A stretch of DNA of 64,000 nt from NCBI GenBank assembly GCA_012295275.1, contig CM022668.1:10788001-10852000 (forward strand), read 5' to 3'. This DNA comes from Chrysomallon squamiferum. Taxonomy: Eukaryota; Animalia; Mollusca. The notes under the pieces are model-generated. The model was not told the origin of the DNA. It saw only the letters and a list, made by a program, of their open reading frames with translations, and did no database searches. Position 1 is the stretch's first letter, and each line of letters opens with the position of its first letter. Positions 51,790-64,000 of the stretch are shown here, piece after piece. A program made the translations under genes and the position numbers.

Positions 51790-52750
51790 GACAACAATAA
51801 ATAAAGAGAAATACATGACAACAGGAAGAAGAATATCTAATATAAGAAGAGCCCTCAACAACAACGACAACGACAGCAACAACAACAATAACAAAACAAC
51901 ACTAAATGAATAAAAATAAACCGAAATACATGACAATAGCAAGAGGAATAACTAACATAATTAAAACCGAGAACAACAAAAACAGTAACAACAATACAAA
52001 TATAAACGGAAATACGTGAGAACAGCAAAGGAATAACTAACATAATAAAAACCCAGAACAACAACAACGACAACAATAAATAAATAATTCCAAATACGTT
52101 AAGCACAGATAATGGCCTAAATATAAGAAAACAAAAGTGACTACAATAACAATCAATGTGACCAAATTCCACAACCGCAGCAATAACTACATGACGATAA
52201 AAAAAAAGCAAATCAACGACGACAACAACAGCAACAGATTCTGTTATCACAAAATTTAATATGACTACAGAACCCAAAATGAGGGAAATCCAAAATGAGG
52301 GAAAACAACGACAATAGCAATTACACTGACCTAAACCCAAAGTCTAATATCAACAACAAAAACAAAGAGAGCACACCTCCAAGACTAAAACAACCAAGAT
52401 GCATGACAACAGTTACAATTACCAATAATCGATGACAACGACAAAAACAATAAAAAGGACCAAAATCCACGACGACAACAACTGAATTACCAAATATCGA
52501 CAACAACGACAACGATAGTCGAAGTGACCAAAATCAAGGAGAACAACAGTAAAAAACTACAAAACTTCATTATAAAAGGATACAAAATAAAAAAAAAAAA
52601 AAATTAAAATCACCTAAATCCATAAAAAACAACAATCTCTAAAATCCAGAAAAAAAAAAAAATAATAATAATAATAATAATAATAAAATAAAATAATAAT
52701 ATCTATTAAAATGACCAAAATTCAGAAAAACAACAATAAAGATTACTAAA
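51790..52750. repeat. CAA/ACG-rich low-complexity repeat
   Basis: Recurrent aacaacgacaa and ccaaaat motifs, strong strand asymmetry. Confidence 0.7.
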
Positions 52751-53621
52751 ATGTAACTATCATCATCTTCGTCATACTCAGCAACTCGTGCTGTGTGTAA
52801 ATGTCACCAGAAGCCTAAGCTAATGGACGATGCATGTTTGAAATGTTCCTTTGACATTCTTGTGAAATCATGCGTGTGCTGCTCTGAGCATGAAAAGGAT
52901 TCGGTCTAAAATAAATGTTGTATCATCTGCGCTGTGAGACATAATATACTTTCCCTCATATATAATCGATGAATTTGACATCGTTTGCAATTGTAATTAG
53001 TCATGCTAGAACTGGAGAGCGTTCTGTAAAAGTATTAGGACAATGTGATGTTATATTGTCAAAAGATTGAGATTAATTATCTAAGATAAAATAATATAAT
53101 TTATCAGCATCTGTTATCTATACCTTTAACACCGTCAGAATTTGTAAATAGTAAGCTAGTATTTTAGAGCATGTTATAAAAAGATAAGGAGAAAGTAAAT
53201 TGTTTTGTCATGATTGTCTTTACCGATTAACGCTGTACCAAACATCCAATTTCTAAAACTGAATTATTTTCCAAATTTTCATCCTACTTTTTATTGATAA
53301 TTTAAGGTTAAAAATATATAAATTTGTCTGGGCAAACACTGCAAAAAAGACCGAGTAAAGGTTTTCTCAGATTCCACTAGTACTAACAACCCTGGTATTT
53401 TATGGTATTTGAGATACTGCAGTATATCATAAATTAATTGCACATTTTAATGCATATATCTGCCTGTAATAAACTCAGTTTGATCTTTTGTCAAAATCTG
53501 TTTTTATTCCATTTCCAGTGCTTTATTAAGCAAATTTCGACTTACAGTTTATAATATAATATAGTAATTTCTTTTATACTGCAACTGTGTTTAATGCATC
53601 TAACAGTACAACGGTCTAAGG

Positions 53622-53650
53622 CAGTCATGGGCAAACTGCGGCCCGCCTAA
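53622..53650 (+). mobile_element. hAT (Charlie-like) terminus fragment
   Basis: cagtcatgggcaaactgcggcccg preceded by gtctaagg, resembling Charlie-type ends and NTCTAGAN targets; partner end not found. Confidence 0.4.
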
Positions 53651-55021
53651 TTTCACAAGGAAAATAACGTTAATTCAAATTTTATACAATGAGTCTATTT
53701 TTTATCTACTAATATACTAAAACACGTGTAACAGCAACAAAATATCTGTATAAATAAAATGCTGCCTTGTTCCACACAGTCCATAAATAGAAAAAGGGTG
53801 CTCCGATTAGGAGGTCGAAATTAAACGCGTACGTTATTGCAATTCAAGGGAGAGAACTTAAGTTGTGTTTCTTGTCCCGAAATTTCGTTGTTGTTGTTTG
53901 TGTTGCTGGATTTTGGTTACTTTACTTGTCGTTGTTGTTGTTGTTGTTGTTTGTGCTCCTATTGTTACTGTTGTGAAAGGTGGAAAAAATTATTTGTTGT
54001 TTTAAGGTATTCTCTTAGATTTTGGCTATAACGATATTGTTGATGTTTACATTTTTAATATTTATTTATTAATTTTTCTTTGGTTCTTGTTTGTTGATGT
54101 TGCTTTGTTCTTGGTCTGCTGTTCTCGTTGTTACACTTTTTTATCTTTGTATTTTAATATTTTGTTTCTGAACTGACATATTATGTAATACGTTATTGTT
54201 CATGATATATTTTAAACTGATAGGTATTTTATTGTTGTTGTTGTTGTGCCTATTCACATATATATTAATGTACTCTTGTTTCTTTATTACAGTATCCTAT
54301 TTCACTATTTATGTAGAACAAATATTTAGCACTTACAACTTACAAAATAATTAGCATTGATATATTGATTTATAATATGGACAATCAAAAGCTTATTTTT
54401 ATAACTAATTTACTTTTATGTTTTGCAATATTAATGTTATCCATTATGTGTGTTATACCAGATATACTGAGTTACTTGAGTTTCCAAATCATCAACATTT
54501 CTGACCTCCATTGGACAGGAATATAAAAACAGAAGCGACGTCGGCAACATTTATGACCATACTGATACGTAGTTCACTAGTTAGTTCTTTTCTTTCTTTA
54601 ATAAAAAATAATGTTCTTACATTATTTTCTGTTGTTTTCATTTTTTATCTCCAACATACTACTGAGGCTCATTTACCCAAAACTAGTCTTGAAGCCATTT
54701 CCCGACAGTGTTAAATGTATTAACAGCAAAATGTCCAGCAAATAATGTAACAGCATCTCCGACAGTATCAATGACAGCACCGTCTATTTCTGCTTCCTTT
54801 TTCATTTCGTTTCTTGTCTGTCTTCTATTTTCTTCTTCTTTTGCCTTAAGATCTGTTTCTAGTTGTTTCTGTGCGTTTTCAATTTCTTCCATTTGTTTTT
54901 GCCTTTCGTATTTTTTTTTTTTTTTTTTTGTCATTCCATTTCGAGCAATTTTAATTTTAGCTTTAACTCTTCCTCAGAGCTCTGCATTACTCCCTCTCTG
55001 TCTGCCCATGGTATCTGTTTG

Positions 55022-55330
55022 AATATTTTCTGTCCACGTTTTCTTATTTTCTCTTTCTCCTTCAATATTTTCTCTTCACGTTTTCTTATTTCCTCTTTCT
55101 CCTTCAATATTTTCTCTTCATGTTTTCTTATTGCTTCTTTCTCCTTCAGTATTTTCTCTTCGCATTTTTTTATTGCTTCTTTCTCCTTCAGTTTTTTCTC
55201 TTCACGTTTTCTTATTTCCTCTTTCAACTTCAATATTTTCTCTTCACGTTTTCTTATTTCTTCTTTCTCCTTCAGTATTTTCCTTATTTGTTACTGTTTA
55301 TTCTTCAATATTTTCTCCTGGTGTTTTAAT
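55022..55330 (-). repeat. 42-bp coding tandem repeat (REEKILKEKEEIRK), about 6-7 copies
   Basis: aatattttctcttcacgttttcttatttcctctttctccttc repeated. Confidence 0.85.
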
Positions 55331-56419
55331 TCTTCTGTTTTCTCTTTCAGTATTTCTTTCTAATTTTTCCATGAAATCTTCCTGTATTATCTCTCGTTCT
55401 TTTTCAGTTTCTACCCGTTTCTTTTCTGATATTTCTTCTTCACGTTTCCGTACTTCTTCTTCTGCTGCATCCAATAATTTTGATTTTTAATATTAATCGC
55501 AGTTTTCTCGCACATTGGATTCGATTATGTCAGTCAGCTGCTGAACCACTTTTTCTCGTCTCGTTTGTGATTGTTAATCCGACATATCTTCGTCTACATG
55601 CACTGGCTAATTTCTTAAGTTTTTCTGGTACGTCAGTTAGTAATTCTTCAAGATTTATTCCGTCCACTTCCAGATGGACAAGTCCGGTGAACAGGAGGAA
55701 CAGGTAGTCCAACATTTTGTTTTTGTTTTCCCAAGTACTCGAAGTATTGAATGATATTGTATTATTCTTCAGAAGGCGTCTTTGCCTCATGAACGTATGT
55801 GGTCCTGGAGCACTCGTCGTTATACACTTGATGATTTCTTTCGTAATCTCCCATTCCGACAGTGCAGTGTCGAATGCTCCAGGCGTATCAACGATGACAA
55901 TGTCATGACGAAATCGAGTTTTGTGTTCTACCTTGCAGATTGAAGTATCAGATTTCAGAGAAGGTTTAGATTCAAAAAGTTTCTTTCCTAGGATCGTAGA
56001 TGCTGACGCACCTTTTCCAGAGCCAGTAATTCCATTCAAAACAAGCCGCAGTTCATTGTCAGTAAGGTAATCTGAAAGAATTTCAAATACTGTCTATGTA
56101 GAAACGAAAACATTATTTTTTTGTTGTTGTTGTTGTTGTTATTGATGTTAGTATTGTAAATCGTTACTATTATCGTCATTATGGCTTGTCTGTTTATCCA
56201 TATATCTGCACGTCTCTGTATAAATATTATTTTCATTTTCTCATTCTTCCTGTTATTGTTGTTGATCAAATTAAATAATAATTATTGTTATAATTATGAT
56301 TATTTACTTTAGCTTAACCACTACTACCACAATATTACAACTACTATCATTACAAGTCTCTCTGCTCTTACTGCCTGTCAAACTACTGTTACTAACACAA
56401 CCGTTGCATCACATCCACT

Positions 56420-57050
56420 GTTATTACTCTCTCTCTACAACTATTATTACTCTGTCTCTGTACAACTATTATTACTATTCTCTCTACAAATACTATTACT
56501 AGTCTCTGTACAACTACTATTACTACTCTCTCTCTCTCTCTATACCTACTATTACTACTCTCTCTCTCTGTACAACTACTATTACTAATCTCTCTCTCTC
56601 TGTACAACTACTATTACTACTCTCTCTCTCTCTGTACAACTACTATTACTACTCTCTCTCTCTCTGTACAACTAATATTACTACTCTCTCTCTCTCTACA
56701 CCTACTATTACTACTCTCTCTCTCTCTGTACAACTAATATTACTACTCTCTCTCTCTCTCTCTGTACAACTACTATTACTACTCTCTCTCTCTGTACAAC
56801 TAATATTACTACTCTGTCTCTCTCTCTACACCTACTATTACTACTCTCTCTCTCTCTCTGTACAACTACTATTACTACTCTCTCTCTCTCTCTGTACAAC
56901 TACTATTACTACTCTCTCTCTCTCTCTCTGTACAACTACTATTACTACTCTCTCTCTCTCTGTACAACTACTATTACCACTGTCTCTACAGCTACTATTA
57001 CTAGTCTCTCTACAAATACTATTACTACTCTCTGCAACTACCATTACAAC
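56420..57050. repeat. ~30-bp minisatellite gtacaactactattacta(ct)n
   Basis: More than 15 tandem copies; homogenised version of the 47000-47560 tract. Confidence 0.9.
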
Positions 57051-58509
57051 TCTCTCTCTTTATGTTCTTGTTGTTGTTAATATTAAACAATATCATTAGT
57101 ATCATCGTTACTTATCATTTCCATTACCTGAAATACTACTACCACTACATTACAACCAATATTGAATATTATTATCATTCTCTCTACTACAGCTGCTCTT
57201 TCTACCACTACTATTCTTACTCGCACCAAAACTACTGTTGCTATTCTATCTACAACTATTATTAATACACCATCTACAGCTACTATTAATTGTTCTCTAT
57301 ACAGCTACTATTACTATTCTTTCTACAGGTAATATTACTACTATCTACAACTATTATTACTATCTTTCTACAACTACTACTCCCACTTCTACTACTGTTA
57401 CTATAATTGCAAGTTTAATCAATACAACTGCTGATACTTCTAGTACTTGTGCTGCGACGTCAGCGACAGGGTGTAGTAAAACTGTTACCAAATATAAACT
57501 GTATGAACGACGTTACAGAGTTAATGATTTTGCGTATTAGTGAACTATATTTCTTGAATGACCAATATTTACAAACTGATAAACATACCAGACGTCAGTG
57601 AATCTCGACGAATTTTTGGCTCAACCTGTTGGATATCGACTGTTGTGAGGTAAAACGAACATAAACTCCGAAAATACAAATTTCATTCCACCATTACCGT
57701 ATCTTCCTAGATATCTTCAAACCAACCTATCTTTCTATCTATACATGAGGAAAAAAACTAAGCAATACCCCATTCACAGACCTGTAATTGTGAGAATTAA
57801 GAAAACAGCGCATTTTCCTGAATAATTTATTGACGTGGCATCTTGCCGAATAACATGACTTTAATGGAGGTACTCAATGCACATACAACCACAACTACGT
57901 GAAATGTTGACCTCTGGTTTGTAATAATTATATGTCATACTCTTTCCTGTTAGTTCGCCAGTGATGTTCAAGATCGTCAAAGACCTGGCAGAAGCAGAAA
58001 GAGGACACAACATTCTTGAGTCTTGTAAGACGCCGTTCATGGGACAGAAGCACATCTTCACTATCAAAGTGTTAATCAGGGACAGTTAGTTTCTACACTG
58101 CCGACGGGAATAGACTAAAAACAGCAGGATGCAGGGCCAAAAGACACATCAGGTCTATTAAAGTGTCTTCAGCTCACAAAGCAGCACGACTTGCCTGATG
58201 TAATCAACGTGATCGTTGGAACATTGCATCATGGCGGTGTGTTCAGTTTTCAGATGACGGCACAGTGCTTGTTGTTGCTTGAGATAAGGTCTGCAAGATA
58301 CGTAAGTAAATAAATAAATAAATAAATTAAACGAAACCAACAGAAATCGCTTGTAAAAGTATTTCACGCTGTTTTCTTCTTTCGTGCGTCATGTAACATT
58401 AGTATAGCATTACTAACTTTTCGTTTTTCTTCTTTTTTCTGCTTATTTATTACTTACTTGTTTGATTTCATTTGATTTGATTGTAATCACCCCAGTGTTT
58501 TTCTGTTTT

Positions 58510-58565
<56 letters not shown>

Positions 58566-58901
58566 TAATAAACAGTTATTTTATGTACGGAATTGTTGCA
58601 AGGTCACTGATTACAACATCCGGTGACGTTATCATTTAGTGCCTGAATACATAAAGAAATATGACGATAATACGGTGGTTGATAATCGCGTATGGATTAT
58701 AAAAGAACTGTGGTGAGTAAATTAAGTATATTTTGGGGTCTGAATTAGTTTTCCTCTGTGTTTATCTGTGTGTGGTGTGGTGTGATGTATGTGTGTGTGT
58801 GAGTCTGTGTGTTTGTGTTTGTGTGTGTTTGTGTCTGTGTGTTTCTGGATATATATATTTACATTTGACTGAACAAACACGCATAAATTACCATCAGTGT
58901 C

Positions 58902-58939
<38 letters not shown>

Positions 58940-59186
58940 TAGATAGATATATATATATAACTACATACCATATGTCTTCAGCTAATGTTCTTCAGCTAAT
59001 GTATTTCAGCTGAACATTTTCATAAACGCACACACACACACATATATATATATCACGTGTGTGATGTGTGTGTGTGTGTGTTGATGGATATATTGTCGTG
59101 TGTTGACGTTTTTGAAATATGTTCAATTAATAATAAACAACTTTAGAATAGTTCAATACGCTTTTCTGAAATCATTAATGATAATG

Positions 59187-59220
<34 letters not shown>

Positions 59221-59466
59221 TGATGATGATGATGATGACAATGATGATGACGATAATGATGTTGTTGCTGATGATGATGATGGTGATGATGATTCTCCTA
59301 CTAATAATAATCCTGTATAATTAGAGTATGTTCCATTCTGTTTTTATCTACATATTATTATATGTGAACACTAAAACACGAATTTCTTATTAGAAATATA
59401 TGAATATCGATTTTAATAGAATACTTTTTCCTTGCCGTTTTTTCGTCTTCTTTTTCTTCCTTTTAG

Positions 59467-59646
<180 letters not shown>

Positions 59647-59721
59647 ATATTGGATAATGCACTTAACACAAAATACTCACCTAAATAAATAAATAAATAA
59701 ATACATAAATGAATGAATGAA

Positions 59722-59752
<31 letters not shown>

Positions 59753-60305
59753 GAATCACTAAAATATAAATTACTACCATTAATTTTATTAATATGTGTT
59801 TCAACAAATAAAACATTATTAATCACGTGAGAAATTCTTACGTAATATTAAATTCTGAAGCAAATTAAACAAAACAGTCTGCCTGCACGCTACAACATAT
59901 TCACAGCTTACATCATATTGACACTTTATCACTATTACAAAAGTAGACAACAATAAACATGGTTAAGCAAATTTATAAAGTAATTTCATTTGCAAAGAAA
60001 CCTTATTTTAGATTTTCTTAAATTCACCACTGACCTATTGTAACATATTTACAATATAAATACCACTAATATTAATGCTACTACTAATAATAATACCAAT
60101 AATAATAATAATAATAATAAAGGAAAGAGAAAGGAAAACATATCTTAATCTTGCTATCCAAATGAATAATGAATCATAAACGTCAATTAAATTATTTCAT
60201 AATCTTCTCAAGTGAAAACAAAACAACAGTTCAGAATGTTAGGAAAACTAACAGCTACAGTGTATTCATGATTCAAACAAACAAACAAACAAACAAACAA
60301 ACAAA

Positions 60306-60340
<35 letters not shown>

Positions 60341-61876
60341 AATATATAGATAAATAAATAAGTAAATAACAAATAAATGAATGAATAAATAAAATAGACA
60401 GATAAATAGTAATATAGACAGATAGATATTTAGATACACAGACAAATGTTTGTAGATAGATGAATAGATAAGTAAACAGAACAACACATAAGTAAATAAG
60501 AAAGTAGCTATGATAAAATGTTAAGGAACAGAATACGTTACTTCACATTTTTTCAAATTATTCCATAAATGTTTGAAATTATAATTATTTTTTCAAATTT
60601 GAAGAAATTATTTCATAATTCTTAGAATGCAATATATTGACAGAGCTTGACTTTTTCAACACTACAACAGAAACGAAATTTGAATATGCATAATTCAATG
60701 TATTTACAAAAATTACTTCAGTCTTTTGAAAATAATAACAGTAACATTAACAATAACAATAACGTTATCAGTAATAAAAATAAATAAATAACAACATGAG
60801 TCATAATAATAATAATAATAGTTTTAACAATAATAATAACAACAACAATAATAGTAACAACAACAACAACAACAACAACAATAATAATAATAATAATCAT
60901 AATAACAAGAACAATAAGAAGAATGAAAGAAACTTAAACAATACTACGAAATTCTAGTAATAAAGAAAACGTTACTAACAAAAACAAATAAAACAATGGA
61001 AAACCATAATTACGGAAATATATTGTAATACTAATATGCATAGTTGGAAGAAAAAGATGGGTTTTTTTATAGTGGTAATTTGAAATAGCATTTTTTTCAT
61101 CTTTTTTGCAATTGTTTTCATTATATATATATGCAATTACTAGAGTTTTACTATTAATCGTGTTTTGTTAAAATTACATCGTTGATCGAATCTAATATCG
61201 AATGTTTCTAAACAAGTGCGTAAAGCAAAATAATCCAGATAAGTTTAAAACACCTAAAGGTTAATTGGTCTTTTTTTGTTGTTGTTGTTGTTGTTCTTAT
61301 GTATTTATTTATTTATTTAACCCACTTGTTTGGCACTTTGTGTATCTATTTTAATTTGATTTATAATGTATCATAGTTTTTTGTTCATACATGAATTAAT
61401 CTACTTTTGTTTATTGTTTCTTTGGCAACTACTTTCAGATAATGTCGCTACTATTCTTCTGTGATTCATCTGCTGTCAGATTAGATTGCTTAGAATGTTC
61501 TCATATATATATATATATTTATCATTGTGTGTGTGTGAGTGTGTGAGATGCAAAATCTTAGAGTTACGATTACATTACGTGTCTTTGTAGCTTGGCATAA
61601 ACCAGACACATTTTCATGTATTGAAATATTAGTAGCATTGCACAAAAAAAAAAAAAAAAAAAAAATAAAAAAATGAATGAATGAATGAATGAATGAATGA
61701 ATGAATAAGTAAATAAATACATTTTATAAAAAAAATCATTATTATGGAATCCTCCGATCGTGATACTTGACGAGGAAAATGTAATGGGAAATGTTTTAAA
61801 GCCACAGTTAAATCTGGTTGAAAATGTACTGGTTTCTTGATGAGCACATATTTGCAAATAACGTGTAATAACACCA

Positions 61877-62836
61877 TTAAACGTTTTCACTGGTGTCTTT
61901 ATTGTAGCCTCCGGGTTTTTCGTCAGCATCTGATTGAGGCTGTATAAACTGTATTTCTTCCACGTGTTGTGTGTCTTGCTGTTTAATTTCAGTTTCCCCT
62001 TCCTGATGTTCTGTCAAAGGTAGTTCTTGAGCGTAATTTGTGTACTCTTGTTTAATTTCAGTTTCCCCTTCCTGATGTTCTGTCAAAGGTAGTTCTTGAG
62101 AGTAATTTGTGTACTCCTGTTTAATTTCAGTTTCCTTTTCCTGATGATCTGTCAAAGGTGGTTCTTGAGCGTAATTTGTGTACTCCTGTTTAATTTTAGT
62201 TTCCTTTTCCTTATGTTCTGTGACAGGTAGTTCTTGAGCGAAACTTGTGTACTCCTGTTTAATTTCTGTCTCTTTCTCAGTTTGTCTTGTGAACTTCACT
62301 TTAGATTTTTTCTTTTTTGGAGCGTAACTTGGATCATCTTGTTTATATATATCGCTGTCTCTTTGCATATTATTCAACAATCTATTATTCTCTTTCTTCT
62401 TACTAATTAGTGAAAAGCGTAAAATGAAAAAAGACAGCAATATAAATAAATAAATTAAACAAACATTATACATACATAAATATACACACACACACACTCA
62501 CACACAAACACACACACACATGTTAATGAAAAAAAAAATAAAAAAAAGTATTTTCTATTGAATTAGATTCACAATGACTGAAATGATCGTTTATTTATGA
62601 TCTGAAAAGCATAATAACGTCAGGCTATGTTGTATCACAGAGTCAATTGTATATGTTCATTAAAAATAGCAATACTAAATAAATAATTACTAACATTATG
62701 AATAAATTTGTATAAATCAAATATATGTATACACACCGGCGTCTCCGATGCAGGTAGATTACAGCACCAAACAAGCTAAACAGGACGATAGCGATGACCA
62801 GCATTATGACAGGCGACATGGATTCGTCCTCGGATA
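61877..62836 (-). CDS. Last two exons of a single-pass membrane protein (TM exon 62836-62737; tail exon 62402-61877)
   Basis: tttcag|TA TCC...PVIMLVIAIVLFSLFGAVIYLHRRR CG|gtgtgt; attag|T AAG AAG...SENV-TAA; phases match (2); upstream exons not seen in window. Confidence 0.85.
61975..62285 (-). repeat. 69-bp coding repeat (ETEIKQEYTNYAQELPLTEHQEG), about 4.5 copies
   Basis: tgtttaattt recurs at 61980, 62049, 62118, 62187, 62256. Confidence 0.93.
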
Positions 62837-63505
62837 CTGAAACAGTAACAGTTGCCTTCAGAGGCATCGCAAATTATTTTATATAAATCCATACATTTTA
62901 TATTGTGTAGAAAATATGCTGGGGTATATATTTGATGCAAGGTCATTTCGAGGTCACGTGATCTAGAAAGTCAAAATAATCGAAATAAAGGTGAAAAGGT
63001 CACCACCCTTCATATTATCCCTGTATAAAACATTCTGAAATTGCTTTTATTTATTTATTTTTTTTTTTCAAATCTTTATGGTATTAGCTGTTGGTCAAAC
63101 TAGAACGAGCCTTGTCTAGGTCCGATAATTCCAAAAATTGAAAATGTTCAGCCTTTTCAGCTGCAGTTACTTTAGTTACGAATTTTCAGCAAAATCAGAT
63201 TAGGTTAGGTTTCATTTTCGAAACGATCCTCTAGTTATCTGTAAATATTGATTCGCATCTATGATTTAGTTACAACATGGTTCATTACTGTCACAGCCTG
63301 GTTTATGTTTAACTATCCATCTGTAACAATCTGTTCACATTTGACAGCGTGTTAAACACAATGTTATGTGTTTGCTGAAGTATATTTTGTATTCATTCGT
63401 GTCAGTTTCAGTGATATACTAAACAAATATCTTATTTATGTATCCTGTATGATATATATATATAAATATCCATTTTCTGTCTATTAACAGATTTACCTGT
63501 CAGGG

Positions 63506-63785
<280 letters not shown>

Positions 63786-64000
63786 TATGTATGTATGTAT
63801 GTATGTATATATTATGTATATATATATGTAGATGTCTCTTCCCGTCTTTCTAAGTTTCTGTTTCAGTTCATTCATATATATCTCTCTTTGCGCATGTTTT
63901 TAGGTGTGACACTCAAAAAAATCACCAGTATGTTTTATTATTATGTGTTAATATCGAAATTAATAACCAGTTTCAGAAATATCGGACTAATTTATTTCTA

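Larger units (their letters stand above)
54683..57639 (-). pseudogene. GIMAP: Inverted GIMAP paralogue, frameshifted
   Basis: Main exon 56071-54683: ELRLVLNGITGSGKG, VDTPGAFDT, APGPH, then frameshifts; TAA at 55493-55495 and 55487-55489; coiled coil broken by poly-A slips; small upstream exon 57639-57589 homologous to the end of 46619-46832. Confidence 0.92.

Noticed and set aside
53337-53600. CACTG-start EnSpm/CACTA-like element
   Set aside because: cactgcaaaaaa present but no convincing matching terminus or 2-3 bp TSD.
61975-62285. ITAM/ITIM motifs in the receptor tail
   Set aside because: Tyrosines lack the +3 L/I/V residue and ITAM spacing.

Overview
AT-rich, microsatellite-dense animal genomic DNA with GT-AG introns; a lophotrochozoan/mollusc origin is plausible but cannot be established from the sequence. 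Most ORFs in the supplied track are simple-repeat artefacts; the real genes were rebuilt by hand from splice sites. (1) 357-8377 (+): 3' part of a single-pass receptor with at least 2.5 F-type lectin domains (FTLD), four thrombospondin type-1 repeats (TSR), a TM helix and an acidic tail. It is followed by a duplicated terminal exon and decayed FTLD exons to ~12.3 kb. (2) ~14.2-45.55 kb: a ~31 kb higher-order tandem array of 11 units (~2.2-3.4 kb), each carrying a decayed hAT transposase C-terminus. (3) ~45.6-58.1 kb: an inverted pair of GIMAP/AIG1 GTPase genes. The + copy has no frameshift but has two in-frame TAG codons; the - copy is a frameshifted pseudogene. (4) 59.5-62.8 kb: an FTLD exon stump and the last two exons of a minus-strand receptor whose tail has 23-aa tyrosine repeats. 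Overall it reads as a rapidly turning-over, immunity-type locus (inference). All alignments and translations were done by eye.
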